Shown here in pieces: positions 1 to 7,000 of a stretch of 12,223 nt of DNA. A model generated the notes under the pieces. That model worked only from the letters and a program-made list of their open reading frames with translations, ran no database searches and was not told where the DNA came from. The DNA is from Thermoflexales bacterium. GTDB lineage: Bacteria; Chloroflexota; Anaerolineae; Fen-1058. How positions within the stretch are numbered: the first letter of the stretch is position 1; every line of letters starts with the position of its first letter. A program made the position numbers and the translations under genes. The stretch spans positions 1-12,223 of the forward strand of contig JAUQXC010000619.1 in NCBI GenBank assembly GCA_030834825.1, in the 5' to 3' direction.

Positions 1-211
1 GTGCTCCGACCGCGATCTGCGCCCCCAGCGTTTCGGTGAAACGGTTGTAGCGAAAACGACCGGGACCGCGCACCCCGGCATACAGTCCATTGTTATAAAC
101 TACCTGCACCGTCATGTCCGGCACAAAGCCGGCGCCAAACCACTTCCCGAACTTCAGCAGCAAGCGCAGTGAAAGCGGGTAACGGTTCTCGGTCGAAGAT
201 GACTTGCTCAT
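1..211 (-). CDS. Hypothetical protein, N-terminal 70 codons only; the gene continues past the left window edge. Last gene of the minus-strand cluster.
   Basis: ATG at 211..209 (minus). AGGAG sits 7 nt upstream, directly after the TGA stop of the 452-aa gene. The frame is open to position 1 (I translated it by hand: MSKSSSTENRYPLSLRLLLKFGKWFGAGFVPDMTVQVVYNNGLYAGVRGPGRF...). Third-position GC is about 70%. It is absent from the ORF track only because it is truncated by the window. Confidence 0.4.
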   Translation of the reverse strand, partial: MSKSSSTENRYPLSLRLLLKFGKWFGAGFVPDMTVQVVYNNGLYAGVRGPGRFRYNRFTETLGAQIAVGA

Positions 212-222
212 GCCTGGCTCCT

Positions 223-1581
223 TCAGTGGCTCACAAAGCGATAACCGTCTGGCTCGCGCTGAATCGCTTCTGCGACCTTGCCCAGCTTGGCACGAATCTG
301 CAGCACGTATTGAGCGAGTCGCTCAACGGGGTTGCCCTGGGCACGGTCGTGCGTCCGGCCGAGCTCAGCGGGACGCATGGCTTCAAAGAGCTCGTTGATG
401 CGGCAGAGGTCAGGACGGTGATGGTACAGGTGGCGCAGGATTTCGTACTCGGGCCAGTTTAAGCTGCTGATCAGCTGACCGTTGACGCGCACCTGGCGCG
501 CGGTTCCTACAAACTCGATCGTGACGGCTTCCCGCGACGGCCCGAATTGCTGGCGGAGGTACACCTCAAAAACCGGCGCGAAGATCTGTGGTGTGTTCAA
601 CGCGGGTGACAGGATCAAGCCCCGCCGCTTGAGCCGCGCTAAACCATCGGTCGTGGGCGCGGCTTGCGTGACGAGGCGGCGCAGTTCGGCGCGTTCCTCG
701 TCTTCCAGGCTGTGCAAGATCTTGCTGCACTCATCTTCAATGTCGGCATTGGTCAGCAATTGCGCCGGCGTCATGTTTTCCAGTGAGTCGGGGTTGCGTC
801 GCACGGCGAAATAGATCGAGCGGATCAGGCCGGCGTGACCGCCGCTCAACTCATAGATGCGCCGTTTTTCGCTGTACGCCAGTAAGGGCGCCGTTTCCTG
901 GCGAGACGCCAGGCGCTGCAACATGAAAAGTGCATCGGCTTCCAGGTAAGGTGTGATGGCGATGGTATGACCGGTGGCGGAGATCAATTCGAATAGTTCT
1001 TCAAATTCAGGGGTATTCAAGCGCAGGAACGCCGGCTCGCGCCGCGTCAGCGTGAGGTAGACGACCTGGCGTTTGTGGTTATCACGCAGCTCGCGCAGAT
1101 CGGCGAACAAGACCGGCGGCGCTTTGCCAAACAGATCATCACAGTCGTCCAGTTCCACCACGATCAGCTCGGCTCCGGCACGTGCCACGTGATCGATCGC
1201 GCGATCGAAGTTGCGCTTGGCTAATGCTTCCGGGCTGGCCTGTGCGGCCTGCCAGAGCTCAGTGAGGACCGGTAGCAGCGGTTGATAGACGCCCGCCAGT
1301 TCCTCGGCCATGCGGGTCAGTTGATCGAGCGCCTGCAGGTAGAGGGCCTGCGGCGGATGATGCGCCAGCGGTTTGCAGTTCACATACAGCACAAAGATGT
1401 GCGGCGCGCGATTTTCAAAATAGGTCAGACGGACGTCGGCGCGGGGCAGATGGCGCGCGATGTTGGATTTGCCGGAACTGCCCACACCGACCAGTGCGCA
1501 CGACTCGCCCATGCGCAACAGATCGATCACAGGCTCGAGAATTTCACGGCGAAAGGTGACCGGCGGCAGCAGCTCTGGCAT
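223..1581 (-). CDS. STAND/AAA_16-like P-loop NTPase fused to a C-terminal OmpR/PhoB-type (trans_reg_C) winged-helix DNA-binding domain; putative ATP-dependent transcriptional regulator.
   Basis: 452-aa ORF with an ATG start and AAGGA 6 nt upstream. The N-terminus reads FRREILEPVIDLL..GESCALVGVGSSGKSN, an AAA_16-style signature with Walker A GVGSSGKS. Walker B-like LIVVELDDCDD. Conserved YELSGGHAGL motif. The C-terminal ~100 aa (NWPEYEILRHLYHHRPDLCRINELFEAM...VERLAQYVLQIRAKL...EPDGYRFV) matches the OmpR/PhoB wHTH pattern (L..E..lL..L.......R..L...vW...........l...I..LR.KL......I.tv.G.GYr). Confidence 0.75.
   Translation of the reverse strand: MPELLPPVTFRREILEPVIDLLRMGESCALVGVGSSGKSNIARHLPRADVRLTYFENRAPHIFVLYVNCKPLAHHPPQALYLQALDQLTRMAEELAGVYQPLLPVLTELWQAAQASPEALAKRNFDRAIDHVARAGAELIVVELDDCDDLFGKAPPVLFADLRELRDNHKRQVVYLTLTRREPAFLRLNTPEFEELFELISATGHTIAITPYLEADALFMLQRLASRQETAPLLAYSEKRRIYELSGGHAGLIRSIYFAVRRNPDSLENMTPAQLLTNADIEDECSKILHSLEDEERAELRRLVTQAAPTTDGLARLKRRGLILSPALNTPQIFAPVFEVYLRQQFGPSREAVTIEFVGTARQVRVNGQLISSLNWPEYEILRHLYHHRPDLCRINELFEAMRPAELGRTHDRAQGNPVERLAQYVLQIRAKLGKVAEAIQREPDGYRFVSH
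226..549 (-). other. Approximate extent of the C-terminal OmpR/PhoB-family winged-helix (trans_reg_C-like) domain of the 452-aa protein.
   Basis: The motif pattern was recognised by eye (see the CDS entry). The boundaries are approximate. Confidence 0.5.
1465..1488 (-). other. Intact Walker A / P-loop (GVGSSGKS) of the 452-aa NTPase.
   Basis: The reverse complement of 1465..1488 is GGT GTG GGC AGT TCC GGC AAA TCC, which translates to G V G S S G K S. Confidence 0.8.
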
Positions 1582-1620
1582 GGCACATCCTTTCCGGGCA
1601 AGTGACTGACTGGCCTACCA

Positions 1621-2718
1621 CTAAACGGCGGCGTCGAGATCGCGCAGTCGGGACGATCGAACCGGTGGATCGGGCGGCGCGATCGGGCCTTGCGTCTTGA
1701 CGAAGGCTTCAAAGATGATCGAGAAGATACCGGGCGGATGGCCGACGATCAGCCCTTGCTTGCGCAGCCGTTCCAGCTCGCTCGATCGGATCGCGGCGCG
1801 CCGATCGGCCGTCAAGGTGAACAGGGCAAAGCGCTCGCCCAGATCGAGATCGTCCCAGATCGCCGCACAGAGCTCGTGTAGATGTTGCTCTTGTTGCACG
1901 CCGCGCTCGAAACTGCTCCAAGGCAGATGCCGCTGCTCTTCCCACAGGCGCAACACAGCCACCAACAGCTTGGCATGGCCTCCGGTCAGGCGATACAGCT
2001 GATCTTCGTCATCGGCCGTGGGGGGCAGCCGCCAGTCGAAGGTTTTGCGCCGGATGGCTGCGTGCGCGTCGGCGCGGGCATAGGGCCGGAGCGGATAAGT
2101 ATCTTCGTCAAACAGTTCGGTGAATTTATCGACGGCTTCGTCGTGTGCGCTGCGCTGTTGGGCCAGTGTGGTGAGTTCGCGGCAGGTGCCTACCAGATAG
2201 CACAAGCGCAGCTTGTGTTCATCACGCAGCTGGCGCAGCCGGCGCAGCCGGGCGACCGGCATTTGTAAAAATGGTTGATCGAATTCGTCGAAGATCAGCA
2301 GCAGGCGGTGCTGCGGCGTACGGCATAACAGCGTCACGGCTTTGGAGAGCAGTTCGTCAGGTTCCGCCTGATCGAGCTGTTGTTCCAGATAGTGCAGCGC
2401 ATTTTGATCGGCTCTGGCGCTGTGGTGATGTTCCGCGGCGCGGTTAATCTGCCGGATGATCTCACGAGAGAACTCGGTGGGTTGGGTGAGCCAGCCGGTC
2501 TCCAAATAGACGGGCAATGTATAGGTGGCCAGGGCGTTCAGATAGTTGTCGATGACGCGGCGTTCGGCGCTAAACCGCAACGCGTTGGACAGACCGGCGC
2601 CGCGCAGCCCGACCACGGCACACGATCGACCGGCGTGGATGGCGCGAAAGATAGGCGACATTAAGTCACGGCGAAAGTTGAGCGTGAGTTCGGGAGGAGC
2701 AGCGGGTATATCTAACAA
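1621..2718 (-). CDS. Paralogous STAND/AAA_16-like NTPase with a degenerate Walker A (no lysine) and no DNA-binding domain; probably a catalytically inactive partner subunit.
   Basis: 365-aa ORF that aligns along the whole ATPase region with the downstream 452-aa protein: LNFRRDLMSPIFRAIHAGRSCAVVGLRGAGLSN vs VTFRREILEPVIDLLRMGESCALVGVGSSGKSN; LLLIFDEFDQ vs LIVVELDDCDD; YRLTGGHAKLL vs YELSGGHAGLI. It starts with TTG at 2718, three nt after the TAA of the upstream gene. There is no in-frame ATG before the conserved FRR motif. Confidence 0.7.
   Translation of the reverse strand: MLDIPAAPPELTLNFRRDLMSPIFRAIHAGRSCAVVGLRGAGLSNALRFSAERRVIDNYLNALATYTLPVYLETGWLTQPTEFSREIIRQINRAAEHHHSARADQNALHYLEQQLDQAEPDELLSKAVTLLCRTPQHRLLLIFDEFDQPFLQMPVARLRRLRQLRDEHKLRLCYLVGTCRELTTLAQQRSAHDEAVDKFTELFDEDTYPLRPYARADAHAAIRRKTFDWRLPPTADDEDQLYRLTGGHAKLLVAVLRLWEEQRHLPWSSFERGVQQEQHLHELCAAIWDDLDLGERFALFTLTADRRAAIRSSELERLRKQGLIVGHPPGIFSIIFEAFVKTQGPIAPPDPPVRSSRLRDLDAAV
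2587..2610 (-). other. Degenerate Walker A: G L R G A G L S, with the P-loop lysine replaced by Leu (CTG).
   Basis: The reverse complement of 2587..2610 is GGG CTG CGC GGC GCC GGT CTG TCC. Compare GxxxxGK[ST] in the paralog at 1465..1488. Confidence 0.75.
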
Positions 2719-2721
2719 CGT

Positions 2722-3867
2722 TTACTCGGTTGCTGGCGAATCTAACGGCGTCAATAGAGCGACGACGGCGCCGGCGATCTGCACGTCGTCTTCATGGTAA
2801 GTTTTGGTGTCTGTGCCATCCTGAAAAGCCCAGACTCGTTCGCCGATGATCAACGGCGAAGCCGGCGGCTGGTTGTGTACCAACAAGGCGCGTTGTTCCG
2901 TGGGGATCAAAATCACGATCGGCCAATCGGGCGGCAGCGTTCGATCGTGCGAGCGGACCAGCGCAAAGTCGGGCTGGCCCGGTGGCTGTGGCTCACGCGC
3001 AGCCGCAAACTGAAAGGCGTAGTAGGGTTGGCCGGTCTGCATGCGGAACTTGCCCCGGGTGGGTTCGGGCGCCAGAATTTGATAATGCTGCCCGCCGATC
3101 GAGAGCTGATCGACCTCGATGTAGTCCAGTTTGTCAGGCTGCAGCTGGACGTGCTGCGATAAGATGGCCACGTTGTGTTCGGCGCTCTGTACCGGCATCA
3201 ACTGCATGCCGGCCAGATCGATATGGGTCCAGATAAGCTCAGCGGGAATCTCAATCTGATCGAGCCAATCCCGGTCGCTGCTTTCCTCCAGGGGAGGTGA
3301 CAAATGGGCCGGTGTAGGGCGATCGGCTAATGGCACGCGACGCACGGCCTGCTGCGCCGCCTGTTTGAGTCCCTGGTACTCTGCCTCCAGCCGCGGATTA
3401 CTTTGGCGATGTTGAACAACCATCAGCTTATCAAGGCGTGGCAAGGCGGCTTGATAATGGCGCACAGCCACTTCAAAGCGTTCTTCTTCCCAGGCGATGC
3501 GGGCCAGAACTAACTCGGCCAACGCATGGTGATATTCATCATGGGCTAGCCAGGTTAAGGCGAGCTGACCCGTGAGCAAAGCCCGACCCCCTTCGGCCGG
3601 CACCATGGAGAGATGGCGTAGATAGGCCAGGTAGAGCAGGGCAATGCCGGCCGAAGTGCGCCGCACTGCTTCCGTGGCGATGTCGCGCTTATTGACACTC
3701 CGGGCACGCGCTGCCAGACGTGTCGTGGCCCGAGCCAGTTCCAACGCCTTGTCAATCTCCTTGCGGCGCAGCCAATGCTGGGCTTCCTTGCAGCGTACAA
3801 GGATCTCCGGATCAACCCGGCGGGTGTCGATGGAGCGGAGCAGGCGCGGAATATTCAGAGGCACCAT
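2722..3867 (-). CDS. Hypothetical protein with a TPR-like helical N-terminal half and an unassigned C-terminal domain.
   Basis: 381-aa ORF with an ATG at 3867, 5 nt after the TAA of the upstream SPFH gene. Its N-terminus is helical and repeat-like (ALELARATTRLAARA...ALLYLAYLRHL...ALAELVLARIAWEEERFEVAVRHYQAAL). The C-terminal ~180 aa match no family I recognise. Confidence 0.65.
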   Translation of the reverse strand: MVPLNIPRLLRSIDTRRVDPEILVRCKEAQHWLRRKEIDKALELARATTRLAARARSVNKRDIATEAVRRTSAGIALLYLAYLRHLSMVPAEGGRALLTGQLALTWLAHDEYHHALAELVLARIAWEEERFEVAVRHYQAALPRLDKLMVVQHRQSNPRLEAEYQGLKQAAQQAVRRVPLADRPTPAHLSPPLEESSDRDWLDQIEIPAELIWTHIDLAGMQLMPVQSAEHNVAILSQHVQLQPDKLDYIEVDQLSIGGQHYQILAPEPTRGKFRMQTGQPYYAFQFAAAREPQPPGQPDFALVRSHDRTLPPDWPIVILIPTEQRALLVHNQPPASPLIIGERVWAFQDGTDTKTYHEDDVQIAGAVVALLTPLDSPATE

Positions 3868-3872
3868 TGAGC

Positions 3873-5702
3873 TTAACGTCCCGGCGGTCCTGGCGGCAAG
3901 TTGAGGCGGCGCAGCCGTTCCAGAACTTGATCTGCTTCCTTGCGTGTCGTGGTGGATAATAACGGCAGAATGGTCTCTCGCTGCAGGGTGCGTTCGATGG
4001 CGCGCGCCAAGGCTTCCACCACATCGCGTGAAAGTTGATTATTCGGATCCATCGTGCGCGCCGCCTGCACGATGCTTTTCACCAGCTCGGCCTGTGCTTC
4101 AGCGCGCACTGTTTGAAGTTGCAACAGTCCTTCGGCCTCGCCGCCTGAACGGATAATGGTCGATTCTTTTTCCCAGCCGGCCTGCCACATGTTGGTGCGC
4201 TGTGTGGTCACCTCCCGTGGCAGTTGCAGGTTGCCAAAGGTGCTGTCCACCAGTTCAAGCCCGCGTGCGGCCAGAGCCGCTTTGGCCGCGTTGTCGAGTT
4301 TGGCTGCAATTTCGCGCCGTGGACTGCGCCCGGGATCGTCGGGCGCAAAGATCTGATCGAGCATGCGGCGGTTCAACTCGTCACGCACTTCACCCACGGC
4401 GGAACTGAAGGCCGCCTGAAACCACTTGATCGGTTTAGGTGGCCGATGCACCTCATAGCAGGCCATGCGCAGCGCCTCCGGCGAAACCGGCGGTTCGGTG
4501 CCCGCGCCATGTGGCGTGCGCGTCAGATAGTGATGCAGCACGCTCAAAAAACGCGGATGCTGCGCCGAGGTGGGCGGCTCGCCCGGCATGCGCTCCATGA
4601 AGCGGAACATGGCGCCCTCCGCCGCGCGCACAGGAATACCATCTTTCGTCAGGCTCATTTCCACGCCGTCAAAGCTCTGCGTGCGCAGATCATAGATGGC
4701 GCGAATGCGCTCGAACGGCATCAGGGTATGATCTTCCGGTCCCAGGACGCGTGAATAACGTGCGCCGCGCTCCGTCAGCACGGCCGTGTGATCTTTGATG
4801 GACAGCACACCCGGCCCGCCGATCTTCAATAAGACCTCGTTGTCGTCATTCTGGGGGTTCTCGTAATCGCCGTGCTGCACTGAAATCCAGCCGCCGCCCA
4901 CCGGCAGGCCCAGGGTGGTGTTCACAACAAAGGCGACTCCATGCCAGAGGGACTTCAGGCTGTACATCTGTGCGACAAAGGTGCCTGCGCGGATGAAGGC
5001 AATGGCAATGCCAATCAGGGCCGGGATGATAAACCACCAATCGACGAAGAACTTGGGCGGGGCAGGCACGATGCCTTCAATGCCGGTCGCGACATCGACG
5101 GTGAACGTGAACTCCGGACCAAACCAGTGGATACCATCGGGTGCGAACAAACGCCACTTCGTCACGTAGGAGCCGGGGGCCGCGGGCGCGATCATCTCGA
5201 CGACGGGTGCCAGGATACCTTCTGGCGCGATGTCCGGCAAAGTATTGTCTGGGAACTGATAGGCCGGGACCGAGAGCGTATCCGTCAGCGCCTCCACCTG
5301 TCCATAGATCAAGCGGAACTGCACATCGGCGCCCCAGGCACAGGAGCTGGTGTTGCGAATGAACCACTGCGCGTAAATCTGAGCACCGGGCGGAGCGGCA
5401 ATATTCAAAGCTGGCGAAGCTTGTGGACCGCCTGCCGGTTGTCCCGTAGCCAATGTGGCTTCAGCCGAAGTCGCATTATAAATGCACTCCTTGCCCGGTT
5501 CGCGCTCGACGTAGCGTTCGGCCGGCGGTCTGATCGATTGCACGATCAAACCACCCGCCAGCCCCACAACGAGCAACGCCGCAAACAACGCCCCAAAGCG
5601 CAGCCAGGCGCGCACTTGCTCGTCGTGGCTTAGCGAGTAAGCCAGTGTCGCGATCAGGTCTTTAAGTCGTGGATGAGAATCCATGAGCGTCAGGTGGTTC
5701 AA
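3873..5702 (-). CDS. SPFH/band-7 (stomatin/prohibitin/flotillin/HflKC superfamily) membrane protein. An extracytoplasmic NBR1-like (N_BRCA1_IG / FW-type) Ig domain is inserted between two TM helices, and the C-terminal region is coiled-coil.
   Basis: 609-aa ORF. TM1 is FGALFAALLVVGLAGGLIVQ. The loop domain carries the NBR1-FW-like signature (W)FIRNTSSCAWGADVQFRLIYG ... APAAPGSYVTKWRLFAPDGIHWFGPEFTFTVDV. TM2 is WWFIIPALIGIAIAFIRAGTFVAQMY. The SPFH core reads LLKIGGPGVLSI...YDLRTQSFDGVEMSLTKDGIPVRAAEGAMFRF; compare stomatin GPGLFF...VDLRTQ...TKDNV.V.VDAVVYYRV. The track start is a TTG at 5702; an alternative ATG at 5684 is possible. Confidence 0.75.
   Translation of the reverse strand: MNHLTLMDSHPRLKDLIATLAYSLSHDEQVRAWLRFGALFAALLVVGLAGGLIVQSIRPPAERYVEREPGKECIYNATSAEATLATGQPAGGPQASPALNIAAPPGAQIYAQWFIRNTSSCAWGADVQFRLIYGQVEALTDTLSVPAYQFPDNTLPDIAPEGILAPVVEMIAPAAPGSYVTKWRLFAPDGIHWFGPEFTFTVDVATGIEGIVPAPPKFFVDWWFIIPALIGIAIAFIRAGTFVAQMYSLKSLWHGVAFVVNTTLGLPVGGGWISVQHGDYENPQNDDNEVLLKIGGPGVLSIKDHTAVLTERGARYSRVLGPEDHTLMPFERIRAIYDLRTQSFDGVEMSLTKDGIPVRAAEGAMFRFMERMPGEPPTSAQHPRFLSVLHHYLTRTPHGAGTEPPVSPEALRMACYEVHRPPKPIKWFQAAFSSAVGEVRDELNRRMLDQIFAPDDPGRSPRREIAAKLDNAAKAALAARGLELVDSTFGNLQLPREVTTQRTNMWQAGWEKESTIIRSGGEAEGLLQLQTVRAEAQAELVKSIVQAARTMDPNNQLSRDVVEALARAIERTLQRETILPLLSTTTRKEADQVLERLRRLNLPPGPPGR
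5088..5420 (-). other. Approximate extent of the extracytoplasmic NBR1-like Ig domain of the 609-aa SPFH protein.
   Basis: Roughly aa 95-205, between the two predicted TM helices. The assignment rests on remembered motif similarity only. Confidence 0.45.
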
Positions 5703-6999
5703 GCTGCGGCGGCAGTTCGCCTGGCCGCGCTATCTGCAAGACGAAGCGCAGCTGATCTTCTTCCAGCAGCGACCGCGTTTTAGGATCGTCAGTGATTTTC
5801 TTGACGACTTTCCAGAAATGCTGAGTGATTTGATCTTGATCGCCGCTGAGCGGCAGGTCTTGTTCCAAAGCTTGTGTCAGGCGCATGATACTTTCCAGCC
5901 GGGCCTGGGCCCGGGCTTTCTCGCGCTGCCGATCGGCTTCGGCCTGCCCCTCGGCATTCAGTTTGATCATGCGGCTTTCCCACTCGGCCTTCCAGGCTTT
6001 GATGCGTTGCGCCGTGATGGGGTCCAGTTCCGGCTTTTCCTGGTTGAAGGTCTTGTCGGGATCAAACTCTTGCGGTAGAAACATGGCGATGCTGAGACTG
6101 AGCACCTTGACGCCTTGCTGCATCAAGACCGGTTTCAAGCGTGCGATGATCTGCTCACGAATGTCTTTGCGTGGATCCCGGGTCGGTTCGTTGGGCGAGA
6201 GCAGGTCGTCAAAGCGGTATTCGGAGATGATGGCGCGCAGCATGCCTTTAGCATACAACAACGGCAAGTCGTTCCATTTTGTCAGCGGGCCGCCGCCGTC
6301 GACCACTTGCAAGTTCGTCAAGGCCCGGGCCACGGGCCGCATCGACCAGCTGATCGGCGCCGGGAAGGGGGCCTTAGGATCGTGCGCATGCAGATTTTTG
6401 TTGAAGTTCGCTTGATCGATCTGGAAGCGCAGCGTCAAACGTGCCTTGATGGGAATGCCGTCGCGGGTCATGAACTCAAATTCCTGCGACCGGAATTGAA
6501 TCCGCAGATCGACGATGTGCCGCAGTTGTTCCGTTTCACGCATGAAGACCAGGCCGGGGCCTTTGATGCGGCTGAGATCGATTTCGGTGTGCAGGGTCAC
6601 CACGCTGGTGCTATCCACGTCGATGACACCGTGCCCCCAGACCTCTTCGCGCGGCTCGCCGCCCGGTCCCGGTACTACGACACCGTCACGCACCACGGCC
6701 ATCGCCACCCGACCGCCCGTGGCAAACCGGCGCAGGATACCGCGTGCGGCCGCTTTCTCCTGTCTGTCACGGGGGTTAACGGGCAAGACGTGTGACCCTG
6801 CCAGCAGCAGCGTCAGGTAGAAAAACACCATCACGATGACGAAGGCGACAAACAGGTTGAACAGACCCGTGATGAAAATATCGTTGGTCAGGGCGCGTAA
6901 GGGACCAATGAAGAAGCCGTACAGAATCAAGACGGCTACCAGGATCATAATCGAAAGGCGGCCGGTAGAGGGCCGTTTGCGCTTCCTCATAATGTTCAC
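5662..6999 (-). CDS. SPFH/band-7 family membrane protein, a paralog of the downstream 609-aa protein. Two N-terminal TM helices, SPFH core, charged coiled-coil tail.
   Basis: 445-aa ORF. TMs: IMILVAVLILYGFFIGPL and LFNLFVAFVIVMVFFYLTLLLAG. SPFH core: IKGPGLVFMRETEQLRHIVDLRIQFRSQEFEFMTRDGIPIKARLTLRFQI. The C-terminal stretch is rich in E/K/R/Q (AEGQAEADRQREKARAQARLES). The track start is a GTG at 6999. An ATG at 6989 (MRKRKRP...) fits the predicted promoter and TSS better. Confidence 0.75.
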   Translation of the reverse strand: MNIMRKRKRPSTGRLSIMILVAVLILYGFFIGPLRALTNDIFITGLFNLFVAFVIVMVFFYLTLLLAGSHVLPVNPRDRQEKAAARGILRRFATGGRVAMAVVRDGVVVPGPGGEPREEVWGHGVIDVDSTSVVTLHTEIDLSRIKGPGLVFMRETEQLRHIVDLRIQFRSQEFEFMTRDGIPIKARLTLRFQIDQANFNKNLHAHDPKAPFPAPISWSMRPVARALTNLQVVDGGGPLTKWNDLPLLYAKGMLRAIISEYRFDDLLSPNEPTRDPRKDIREQIIARLKPVLMQQGVKVLSLSIAMFLPQEFDPDKTFNQEKPELDPITAQRIKAWKAEWESRMIKLNAEGQAEADRQREKARAQARLESIMRLTQALEQDLPLSGDQDQITQHFWKVVKKITDDPKTRSLLEEDQLRFVLQIARPGELPPQLEPPDAHGFSSTT

Positions 7000-7000
7000 T

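Noticed and set aside
169-814. Plus-strand ORFs 169..462, 204..398 and 482..814
   Set aside because: They lie inside and antisense to the 452-aa NTPase gene, whose Walker A, Walker B and wHTH motifs are clear. None has an RBS or a recognisable domain.
1582-1620. tgactgactg tandem motif in the 39-nt gap between the two NTPase genes
   Set aside because: It is too short to be a repeat element and carries no stop codons in the coding orientation. It is most likely chance, and the gap otherwise just carries the AAGGA RBS of the downstream gene.
2722-3200. Possible LexA/S24-peptidase-like fold in the C-terminus of the 381-aa protein (...PIVILIPTEQRALLVHNQ...VQIAGAVVAL)
   Set aside because: There is only a vague resemblance in hydrophobic spacing. 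No GxSM Ser motif or conserved Lys dyad is present, so it is not reportable as a feature.
4224-6795. Long plus-strand ORFs (4224..4754, 4941..5633, 5683..6078, 5885..6415, 6115..6795) antisense to the SPFH genes
   Set aside because: Their translations are Arg/Ala/Gly-rich and low in complexity, which is typical of antisense frames in high-GC DNA. The opposite strand carries proteins with clear SPFH and TM motifs and operon-consistent junctions.
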